A stretch of 63,605 bases of DNA, the filler included, from Choristocarpus tenellus KU-1152 (Eukaryota; Protista; Phaeophyceae): assembly GCA_964200185.2 (NCBI GenBank). It is 9 parts of 9 records of this genome, joined end to end, with 100 filler letters (N's around TTAATTAATTAA, not from the genome) between each part and the next. Parts side by side here need not be neighbours in the genome. Positions count along the whole stretch, not along the records: positions 45,156 to 57,587 come from CAXNAD020001838.1; positions 57,688 to 60,788 come from CAXNAD020022324.1; positions 60,889 to 63,605 come from CAXNAD020025351.1; 6 more parts are not named here. One strand, 5' to 3'. How positions within the stretch are numbered: the stretch's first letter is position 1; each line of letters begins with the position of its first letter. Below, piece by piece: positions 53,176-63,605 of this stretch. The position numbers were made by a program, and so were the translations under genes. Under the pieces are notes generated by a model. It saw nothing but the letters and a program-made list of their open reading frames with translations. It did no database searches and had not been told where the DNA came from.

Positions 53176-54082
53176 GTTTGCAATAGCAATGAATGGTTAA
53201 ATAAATCGATGAAGAGGGGCAATGACAACGGTTTGGGCCCTCGTAAATTCATAATAACCAACTGCATTCGAACTCTGCAAAGAAATACGTCATAAGAAAC
53301 CTCATTTGCAATCCACAGTGCAAAGAGTTTAGAAAATGCGTCACCATTACTAATAGAAGCCCGTTTCAGCACTTCTCTTCTTGTCGTCTCCATTTTATCA
53401 ATGGATCTATTCTGTGCCCCCAACACTGTAAAATCCCTAGAACGCAAGCTTCTCAAAGTGCTACCTCTGCATAGTCCAATAATAGGAACAGATTTAGTCC
53501 AGTCAAGCCAAAAAAACACAGAGATCCTAGATGCAAGAATATGTACAACCGACAGCCACTCCACTCTCCCCCTCAAATACACTTTTAGGGTTAGGGTCAG
53601 GGTTTTCCATCTTCATTTCCTACCAGGGGAGTGGTTGTTTCATGTTGTTCATTCCTGAGAGCTTACGGATATTTATTCTTTTCAAAAAGCGAAAAATATG
53701 TGTTTTTTCCGTTCATTTTCTATACATACACGCATAGGCCCCACCAAGATTGTCCAGTGCACCCACGGCATGTATGGAGGTGACAGAGAGGCATGAGACA
53801 TGACAATCGATCATGTGTGGCGTAATTAGTGTGACATTGGCGCGCAAAGGAGCAAGAGTCAATGACAGTAGTCTCAGATTTGTGGACAGATTGCACTTTT
53901 GTTCCATTATGGTACGTAGGTATATGCAAGTGTTCTATACGTGGTGCTCAGATGGAAAATAGGTTTCGAGATATAACTTTCACATTTACGACAACTGTTA
54001 CTTTACAGGGGTTCATGTGATATTGATTTGGCTTTTTTCCTCACACATCTGCAAAATGTCAGACCATATAATAATATATGTA

Positions 54083-55520
54083 CTTCCTCCGTTGCCAAGT
54101 CTATGCCGCGTTGTCCATTACTTTTGAAGATGTTGATGAACTTCATTTCTGAACAAAGACTTGGAATCCTTGAATTTCGGGTTAGGGTCAGCTCCTTTTA
54201 TTATTAGTACTCCCCATCCATCACAGTTTCATCAGCCACAGAAAAAGCTCTATGTCTTGCCTTCGGTGTGTTATTAAGCTTGCAAGACAACTGCCTCTTA
54301 CCCCTGTGTACTCCACACTGAAACCATTTCCCCCTTTGTATCTAACTACTTGATTGTACACCACAAAAAGGAGCTGCCAAGCCCTCTCAAGTGTGGTTTC
54401 ATCATACTCCTCGTACTGTTTCTTAATGACCACCATCTCTGCGACGGACCCAAACCTCTCCCCCATCACCCGCCATTTCAAAGACCTGAAGAAGCACAGG
54501 CCTATGATATTGAGGTCGGGGGAGTTACATGGCTGCGTCACAAGCCTAATCGACCACCCCTCAGTCTTCCCTGCCCCTGACAAGATTTCTGAGTGGCCCT
54601 TGCCCGTGTGGGGGGTGGCACCGTCTTCCTGAACAACAACGTGCTTCCCCTGCAACCAAGGCATCTTGGTCTTGATTGCAGGCAGTAACTCCTCGGTGTA
54701 CCACTTCCTGTACCACAAATGGTCTAAAGTACAGTCCTGCTCGTACACATCCCCTTTTTTATGGTTCTTGCTTGTCCTGTCTGCCGTTTTTGGCACACAC
54801 ACTCCAAACACCAAGCTTTCCATAAAAGCTGTGAGCCGAATCTGGGCGGGCGTTGGCTGCAATGATCATGGTTTGGGGGATATGACTATTGTGCTACACA
54901 GTAGGGGGCCCTGGAAGGTCGCTATCATCTTCACACGGAAATACCTCAACCCTTTCCCCATCAGCCATCTCATAAGACCAGGTTTCACCCACATGGATCG
55001 TGTTCGCCATGGAGATGTACACACCACGTTCCCGGTCCACTTGATCACAAAGTCTATTCTCCATACCTTTTGCCACGATTTAAGCTTGGGTTTGATCCAG
55101 TGGCGATTTGGCATGGCCCCCACGCCATCCAACCACCTGTTTATGATGCTCATGCTATAATTCAGCCCCTTGGCGGCCATCTTCATTGTCACCTGACACA
55201 ATGTGGATGACCGATTATCGGACATGATACTATGTATTGCGGCTATCTTGGTCGGTGTGATCTCCGAAGCCTGCCCACTACGTGCCGCCACCCCTAGGTC
55301 AAGCGTGCGACCACGGGCGAGCTGATCGGCAACATCCTCCCAGAGCCCTCGCATGCAACGCTCCAAAGTCCATTGTGAGGACCGGCCCAACGTGTTGCAG
55401 CAGTTTAAGCTCATCGGGGACCATCGCGAGTGCATGCCGCACTGCAAGGACAACCCTGGTATTCAGGGACACTTGGGCACCCTTCCTACGTGGGGGTTGA
55501 CTGGGGGGTTACCATGCTGA
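54083..55520 (-). mobile_element. Mariner-like (plant DD39D-related) transposase pseudogene
   Basis: IHVGETWSYEM, LLPAIKTKMP, VQEDGATPH, WSIRLVTQPCNSPDLNIIGLCFFRSLK; TA|CTTCCTCCGT terminus at 54081-54092; frameshifted. Confidence 0.9.
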
Positions 55521-55739
55521 CGTTCTGACACTCAACGCGCCCAGTTCTGGCCTCAAAATCACCCCCAAAGACCCCTACTGAGATGGCTTGAAGAACCTCA
55601 AGTTTGTACCTAATGATCCTCGACCCCCACCTTTTCTGAAAGCTGAGGTTGACAACCCGATTTCATTCTGTAGGGTTATCATCCGATTTAGCACCGTTCT
55701 CGCTTGACAAGCCCAGATGTTTCATGGCACAAATTTATG

Positions 55740-56050
55740 GCACAGCTCCTCGCTATGGGGTGTAGGGCTAAGCTAGGTTGGAGGCATATGAGAACTGTGT
55801 GTGGTGAACCACATCTGATATTAAAATAAAATAGTAAATGGATGATAGAAAAATGCCTTACACATTTTATTATAACTGATACTTTTTCAAAGGTCATTCT
55901 GATATTTAATTGACCTTTCATCGGTTTTTCCCCCGACACATCTCTAACATTTTAGAGGGCATAATAATAAAAATATTAATAAAATATATATATATATATA
56001 TTATTATTATGCCCTCTGACATTTTGCAGATGTGTCAGGCGGGAAATAAA
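55740..56050 (+). repeat. Dispersed repeat family C with 36-bp-arm palindrome
   Basis: Arms 55935-55970 and 56001-56036 (5 mismatches) around an AT-only loop. Confidence 0.8.
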
Positions 56051-57356
56051 TGAATCAGATGTTGTACGCACCTTGAACTACTCGAACCGTTTGCAGTAAA
56101 AAAAGCACAAGCTCATACCGTCAACTTCTTAGTACGAAGTACAACACTGTAATCTTCCGAAGTACTAGTGGGGACGCCACTTGAGAAAGGCCCTCATTCA
56201 TTAAGCTGATATGTCAGAACGACCAAGAAACAAGCAAAAGAAATGAGGGAGGGATTCAAACCAAGGATGGTCTGCACCGGTTGTTGAGGGCCAAGAGGAT
56301 TTTCGATATCTAAAACTTGCGAGCATGTCATTTTGAGTATCCAATGTAGTCACCCTTTCTCATTGAAGAACTGGAAAAAAATAAGAAGCGGCAGAGGAAA
56401 AACCGAGCAAAGAACTAACTATCTTCAAATTGCGTCCAACATTTACCATACAGATAGATGTGGGTGTATCCACCCTTTCACGTTCTTCTATACAGCATTA
56501 GGTAGCCTAAAATAATACATGCATTGGCAGCAGGAAATATAACACGCACAGTCACTCAACGCTCAATACACAACGACAGTTACAATGCCAATTCACCAAT
56601 CATCTCACGTCTCTCTTCATCATTACAACCAGTAACTATTGATCAAATAGACCCATGACAATTGTTGCCACAATGTGCTTGGGACACACACAAACAGACA
56701 CAGATCAATGCAACATCTATCTGCCAATGGTCACAGCACGCTTCAGAAATGATTACACTAGAGTGCTGAGACAATAACCAAACCACCACAAGCAAGAAGA
56801 GAAGAACACGACTTGACACAAGGAAGGGAAAAAAGTGCTCACAAGATTCAACAAGAGTCAAAAAAGAGGGCTTCAAACATACGCATGGAGAGGCAGGCAA
56901 CCAAACACAAGAAAAAAACACACAAAATGGACGGCGGTGCACAGAACAAGCAGACAACACAGTAATGCGTGCACACATCATCACACATATTGGTGATGTC
57001 AAACCATAGCCTATTGAATACCAGTGCATAGCGTAACGATCGACTCATCATCCATCTATGCCTTCCTTCGATGAGCACACCCACCCTGCTGCATTATCCC
57101 CCAAAATAGAGGACAACTGAAGGAGGAAAGCGCCATCCAACACCTTACTACTTGTTGAAGATTATCTGAACCAATGGAGGCACAAAGCCACCTACTAAAT
57201 ACCACCCTTCCAAACTCTACTCTCCCTTCCTTCTCACAGGTTCTGACTTTGCATTGCTTGCCAAATGGAAATTTGGCATATAACGTAAGCATCGCTTGAT
57301 TGCCACATTACATCAATCAAAGATCTTCCGCACCTCATGCTCTCTAATGCACTTAT

Positions 57357-57412
57357 TCACAGACTAAAACCTCTTTTGCCTGCTTGTGTATCTACCGCCA
57401 CCTCAACATACC
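57357..57412 (-). CDS. Possible terminal exon of unknown gene (..YVEVAVDTQAGKRGFSL*)
   Basis: Acceptor-like CTGATATTTTTGGCAG followed by a short open frame; no homology recognised. Confidence 0.2.
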
Positions 57413-58409
57413 CTGCCAAAAATATCAGATCAACAAACACTAAACACAGCCAGCGCAAACATGTCCACTTTTACACCATACACCATGATGGGTGTTGTAT
57501 CTTCCAACACTCCTTTTTTAAAAAGGGCACAATATGTGTGAGTGGGGAGGAGATGGCAAGGGCTGGGGGGCTGGGGGACTGGAGAAGNNNNNNNNNNNNN
57601 NNNNNNNNNNNNNNNNNNNNNNNNNNNNNNNTTAATTAATTAANNNNNNNNNNNNNNNNNNNNNNNNNNNNNNNNNNNNNNNNNNNNCCCCCTGTTCTTG
57701 TTCCTTTCTTCCTTCCCCCCCAACAGTTACATGGGGTGGTGTAGTGCTGTGCAAAATGTAGTGTGGATATTAATGCGATGATTTTGGATCTGCTGTATCA
57801 GCACTTCATGACCCTATGCCTTATCACTGTGCCTCCAACAGAGCAAGCAGGTTTTGGAGAGATTTGCTCCACTGCTTGTTTTTTTTGTTCTTTTACATGA
57901 GTCATCCAGTCGTTAGTGATCTAGGACAATGATGAGGAAAGAGACACGGCTCTGTAGCGCTATGGGGTTCAAAGTGAATCAATGACAAGGAAAATTGCTG
58001 TAATGTGAAAGAAACTAGAGCCATTTTTCAATGGAGAGGTCTGAGTGGGACTCATTTTATTTTATCCCCAACCTGTGACAGTACTTGTCTTAGGCAAAAC
58101 CCTAACCCTACCATACATCTTTATAGCAGTAGCATTAATTATACCAATATAAATAGTATGAAATGAATGATAGTAGGTGAAGGGTATACATGACATGTTT
58201 GTACTTCCACAAGGCAAGACAGTTGGGATTCTCCTTACGTATTCTTCTCATTGTACTGCAATGTAGTTTTATAAAAGTCAGTTATAAAAGTCAGTGTAAT
58301 GTTCGCTGTTTAATCATTGTTTCTAGGCGGAGTGGACCTCTTTCAAAATGTTGCAATATTGGGTCAAAGCTGTTTTTTTTTCTGTGAGATGGGAGTAGTA
58401 CCTTTGGCA

Positions 58410-58550
58410 TTCAGGTCCTTACCAGGTAAAGTCCACTCACATCATCCATCGCATCCATGCAACCAAATGACACAAAAATCACGACATCGAAAAATGGGCC
58501 CCAAATGGAAAGCTGCCATCCCCCCTCCTCCCCACCAGATACTTCAAGCC
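58410..58550 (+). mobile_element. MITE family B, 5'-truncated
   Basis: Matches the right two-thirds of 31225-31397. Confidence 0.75.
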
Positions 58551-61500
58551 ATTTGCATGGTGCCATGAGAATCCCTGGGATAGAACGCATACATGTAGTC
58601 GTGTAGGCCCCAGCATGTGACTTTTGACTATCTGAAACATCATCATGACTTCAGTAAGTAGAATTAGTAGCAACTGTGTATGAACAACACTGCATTCCAA
58701 CTTTTATTAATACCGATGCACTGCAGGACTCTCTGTTCGCTCTAGAGCTATAGGATCTGGTTTCCATTGCTACGGAGTGCCATAAAATCACTTGAAGTTT
58801 TTTGTGGGTACAACTTTGAAATAAGCCTCCTCACCCTAATCCAAATGAAATTTCAAATGAAGAGGTACTTCTTTTTTTTATTTGCATGGGTTGAGTCTTC
58901 GTGGGGGGTAAAAAAATGTGTAGTGGTGTTTTCTGTTTTTATTTGAAGTATGTTGATCAGAACTGTTGCATTTTGGTCAATCAGTCCCTATGCTGCTGCT
59001 AATGTTCTCTCAAACGCTCAAAACAGAGATCGCAAACTTTTAAAAAATTGTCAAAACGTTACCAATGTCCCTTCATTTCTCTACATTTTGTGATCTCCAG
59101 CAATGTGACATTGATCTCATCTGCCAATAAGAAGTGAGAGTTCTTCTAACTTCCCATTTTTTTATTAACTGCAGTGCTGTTGATGCATCTTGAATAATGG
59201 AGATTTTTCACTCAGCCTGCTCAGTTCCAATGCCCTGCCCCAAATGGGGAAGACTTGGTCTTCCTTCTTAGGGAGTGATACAATTGTACTGCACTCATCC
59301 ATCGATAGCTATCTGCCTACTTAACTTCCCATCCATGGTAGGTGACTCCGCTTTTTGCAATAGCACATGATACAGCAGATGTGTTTGATATTTTTTAGCT
59401 ACAAGAAGTTTACAAATCACGTATATATATATATATATATATATATTAATTCTTGCAGAGGTTGAGAAGAATTTTTTTTTCTTGAGATAGATGGACATGG
59501 AGTAGAAATTTACAATTATAGTTCAAAGTGCACTGTCTCTGAATGGCTTTGCGGGTAAATTAGAAGGGATAATGGTACACATGGGATCACCCCCTCACAC
59601 CTAATCTATTGGAAGCTGATACCTCCATTGGTCAAAACCACTTACCCAATCAACAGCCCCATCCTGACCACAACACCGCCTCCTCACTTATGAAAAAGAT
59701 TGTATTCTGTAGAGTCGAACAGCAAGCAGAGTCGTGCTTGTGTACAAGTGCATGTAGCACCATCATCGACTCACCTTGCACTGAACAGTAGTAGTTCAAC
59801 AGAGCCAACAGTTTTTTTTTTTGGAATGAAAAAAACGAGGCATCAAATCACACTCTCTATCCAAGTTTTGGACGTAAAGGCGTGTTCCCCTTTGGCGACT
59901 GGTTTGCCCCATGATATGCAATAGAACATATTGATGCAACCACAGTTTCTCCCTCTTGAGAAAAAGAGGATGACTTCACCAAAAATGTCCCTGATACATC
60001 TTACAGAAATATATGGGGGAGCAAGGGGGGAGAGAGAGAGCTGGTCTCAGGCTCTGCAATATAGACTATTCATTGTTGGAGGATCACAGGATGTAGGAAA
60101 AACAAGAAATTATTTTTCCAGTTCTACCACTTGGTTCTTTTCTTCAAAATTATTTCCTTTTTTTGTTTATTGAAGTCGTAATTGTGGACAATAACATTAT
60201 AGTTCGGCCTGTCAACAGAAAAAAACAGAAAAAAATGAACCAATAAAACAGAATAAAACCCAAACGAGTATGCCCTACAGTTTCTGCACCTTATTCCTCG
60301 TCTGCACGTCCCCTCCTTTTGCTCCCAAAACATGTAACAGCTTACATACAACTCCTTCCATGCACACTCACTCACACACACACACACATCAAAAACCTCT
60401 CTCTCAAGATTATATACTATGATGGTTGTGTTAGGTGCGCTCACTGCACTCCAAAAGGTGACTGATCCCAACCACCTAGACGTTTCTTTCCTGCCATACC
60501 ACCAACAATATGAACAGTTCTTGCCAATCAAATCAAAACTCCATTTCTTTCATTTCCCCTCTCCTCTCCTCTCCTCTTGTATCCCTACTCTCTGTCGAGT
60601 TACTTCGAAATTATTTCTGGGGTCTGCTCTGGGGCCTGCACATCTCCCCACGGTCTACTCTTTTTCATACATCCTCCCCTGCTCAACAACACATCAAATA
60701 CACTCTTTTGACGTAGGTGGACAGGCAATGGCGCAAGGGAGGGGACAGGAGAGGGGGGGCAGCGCCGATCAAGACAAAAGCCCCCCCTNNNNNNNNNNNN
60801 NNNNNNNNNNNNNNNNNNNNNNNNNNNNNNNNTTAATTAATTAANNNNNNNNNNNNNNNNNNNNNNNNNNNNNNNNNNNNNNNNNNNNTCCACCCGTCGC
60901 AGGAAAAATTTAACTCCCCTTCCCGTGGTCCGGCCCAAAAGGGGAACCCTCTTGTAGAGGCCCCCCCCCCCCCCAGATTATATTTAAACGACTCGATTAA
61001 TTCCTTACATGGTGGAATACGTTGTACATTAAGTAAGGAAGAGGAGAAAGTAGGAGTGAGCTTTGAAGCCCCAAGGGGGGGGGTGGGGGGTCCTTGCCAC
61101 CAAATCAATCCTATTCAGTGGATCAGTAGTCAGTAGTTACAGTTTACTTGTTACCATGTTTCCCATTCCTGAACTCTTTTCATATTTTATTTCCCTAACC
61201 TGAACATAACTTCTATATCTTCAGAACAAAAAAAAAATGGTGTCTCTTCCGTCCTTGTTTTTTTTCTTCTTAAAAGAATCTACTATTAATGCATGAATTT
61301 GAAAAAATATATATTCTTGACTCTTCCCAGCAATCAATCGGAACATACACAAGCACTTTTAGCATGGAAGAGTGAGGGAGGTCAGGGTTAGGGTTTCATA
61401 ACCCCTGGTAACGGTTTTCAAATACGTTTAAATCTCACATCTAAATTACTTCCAATTTCTGAACTAATGCTTGTGGTAAAATTTTTTAGATGGAATAAAT

Positions 61501-62910
61501 ATAAATTTTGTAAGAAAAAATAATCAATTGAAGATAAAAATTTTAAATTTAAAACTTTCTTTTTTTTACACTTTTATATGTACAGTGCGCTTCTGATACA
61601 TCGGTACAGTGAAGGGGATCAATAGCGACAAGACAGAACAGAACTAACTGTACAGTACTACAGATTCAGCTTGTATACCTTTTTGTAGCATACCTCGTAC
61701 AGTCACGATGAACCCAACCTACTTCTATTGAAGGTTTTTGAATCAGCAAATCTTATTTTGATTTACCCAATTTTTACCTTGGAAGGACGAACTACGTTCA
61801 TTTTTTTTTTCTTAGAAGAAAAGCGAGATTTTTCTTTTATTGCACTTGATCCCGCTTTATTCATTAATTTATTAATTTATTAACAACCCGTAGAACGTAG
61901 ATTTCACAATTTTAGTAAGAATCAATCTTCAAAGTTTTGTGGAAAATTTTTTAACGAATGAATTTTTTGCTGCTGAAAAAAAAAATGAATATATATATAT
62001 ATAATAAAATATATATTTCTTCAGCGATGATATCTGCCTACTTTTTTTTCTTCTGAGGAATCTTATCTTATCTCACCCTTGTGCAATTCTGTTTGTGTTC
62101 ATATCTCACATCTCAAACTTGTTTTGTGTAGTACACATTTCTGAATAGAGACATGCGTGTCAGACAGTCCTTAATTGGATTGATGTACGGATCACGTTCA
62201 AGTCTGATTGATGATTGATGATTGGTGTTTGGTGTTCCGATCCCCGATGCGCTCGGGCATTGTTGGTGAAATCAAAAAGGAGTATAGATAATTATTTATT
62301 ATATTTTTGAAAGTCTTTTAATTGTGTTTTTTTTTAATTTATCGCTTTTCTTTTCCTGTTTCTTGAATGCGTGGGATTCCCTACTAGTATTTTATTTTAC
62401 TTGTGTACGGTGTGAGATGTTTTATTTGTATCATGTATTGTTATTATTTATTGTTATTTTTGATTTATATCGTATATTGTTAAGAGGGGGAGGGGGGGGG
62501 GGGGGGGGGGGAGAAGGGCAGGCCGGTGGTAATTAATTTTTCAAATAGTTGTCCTTCCTTACCCGGATAATTTAAAATATTTTTTTTNNNNNNNNNNAGT
62601 TTGTTGGTTGGGGATGGTGGGTGTGGTGGGGAGGGGGGGGGGAGGGTAGAAGTGCAAGCCAGTAGTATATAATTTTCCAAATAGTAGTCTCTACCTACTC
62701 GGATAATTTTAAATAATTTTTTTTCTTAATTATTAATTCTTAATTGGCCGCCTCCGTGTCAAACCTTGAAAGAGAAGAAAAAGGAAGTAGTTTCACTGTT
62801 ACTCTCGCTGCTGTGTATACTTAGATATTAGATACCTCCGTTGACAGATCTAGCATCGGTTTTTAACTGGTTTTCGAGTAGGTGGGGGGGGGGGGGGGGG
62901 GGGAGGTTTT

Positions 62911-62952
<42 letters not shown>

Positions 62953-63457
62953 GACTTTAATCTGTTTTAGGATGATGTTTTCGGATGAGGTCATATTATT
63001 TATTAATTTATTTGTTTTTTTGTGAGATTTTGAATCGATGCGAAAATTGATTCAAATCTCGCACCATGTGTATGTAGAGTGAGTGCATTTTCTGGTAGCC
63101 TGTCCTCAAAAAAGGTGTTTTGGACTGAATTGATTGATTGATGGATTGATTGATTGATGATTGGAAGAGGCGCTCTCCCCCGCATCGGCCGCACCCTCTG
63201 GTTCTTTTTCTTCTTTTTCTCATCCTGAACGTGGAGTAGTAGATGTGTGCCCGTTTGTGTATAGTGAAGCTAAATTGTTCTTTTGCAAAAAAATGAAGAA
63301 AGATAATGTTCTGAGTAAAAATAAAATAAATAAGAGCAGAACAAGCGCAAGTAGCGTTTTTGATTCAAACCGATGTTTAAAATGAGCAATCTCAAGACAT
63401 ATCGTATCTGCAACTTTACTGAACTTACAATTTAATATATATAAATAGATTTTTAAA

Positions 63458-63534
63458 TCAGAAGTCATGTTGTTGTGGTAGACTTTCTTCTTCACTGATT
63501 GGTAGAAGTGCATTGTTCAGATGTCCATCTACAC
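63458..63534 (-). CDS. Possible terminal exon of unknown gene (..VDGHLNNALLPISEEESLPQQHDF*)
   Basis: CAG acceptor and protein-like composition before AT-rich, UTR-like DNA; no homology recognised. Confidence 0.2.
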
Positions 63535-63605
63535 CTGATTCCGTTGCCCCAACAACAGCATCATCTCTCCCCCCACCCTCCCCCCTCCCCTCAACCCCCA
63601 ACCCC

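Noticed and set aside
58950-59290. Possible decayed LINE RT tail (minus strand)
   Set aside because: Too degenerate to support.
12227-60888. Eight TTAATTAATTAA palindromes within N runs
   Set aside because: Artificial six-frame-stop linkers; adjacency across them has no biological meaning.
1-63605. CRISPR array, rRNA, intact tRNA, prokaryotic operon or defence system
   Set aside because: No regularly spaced repeat-spacer units, rRNA signatures or gene-dense tracts; the repeats are dispersed TEs and microsatellites.

Overview
Eukaryotic nuclear DNA, not prokaryotic. The window is nine unrelated contigs (1-12226, 12327-17533, 17634-23316, 23417-27212, 27313-38732, 38833-45055, 45156-57587, 57688-60788, 60889-63605) joined by artificial 100-bp N44-TTAATTAATTAA-N44 linkers. 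Short exons in kb-long introns, a nuclear gyrA, TTAGGG-type motifs and the transposon repertoire suggest a photosynthetic stramenopile, probably a brown alga (inference). By manual splicing I reconstructed four partial genes: an Amidohydro_2-family amidohydrolase, DNA gyrase subunit A, an exportin-6-like protein and a glucose-6-phosphate 1-epimerase. Most of the rest is decayed Ty1/copia, Ty3/gypsy, tyrosine-recombinase and mariner elements plus two related MITE families. Most notable: (1) an intronless, decaying sodium:solute symporter fragment resembling those of intracellular bacteria, embedded among host repeats; (2) two different MITEs inserted independently 3 bp apart in two copies of the same host repeat; (3) a gypsy integrase with a Tudor-like C-terminus; (4) an intron-containing amidohydrolase of bacterial type. 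No CRISPR, rRNA or intact tRNA was seen. Family assignments come from motif recognition only; no database search was run.
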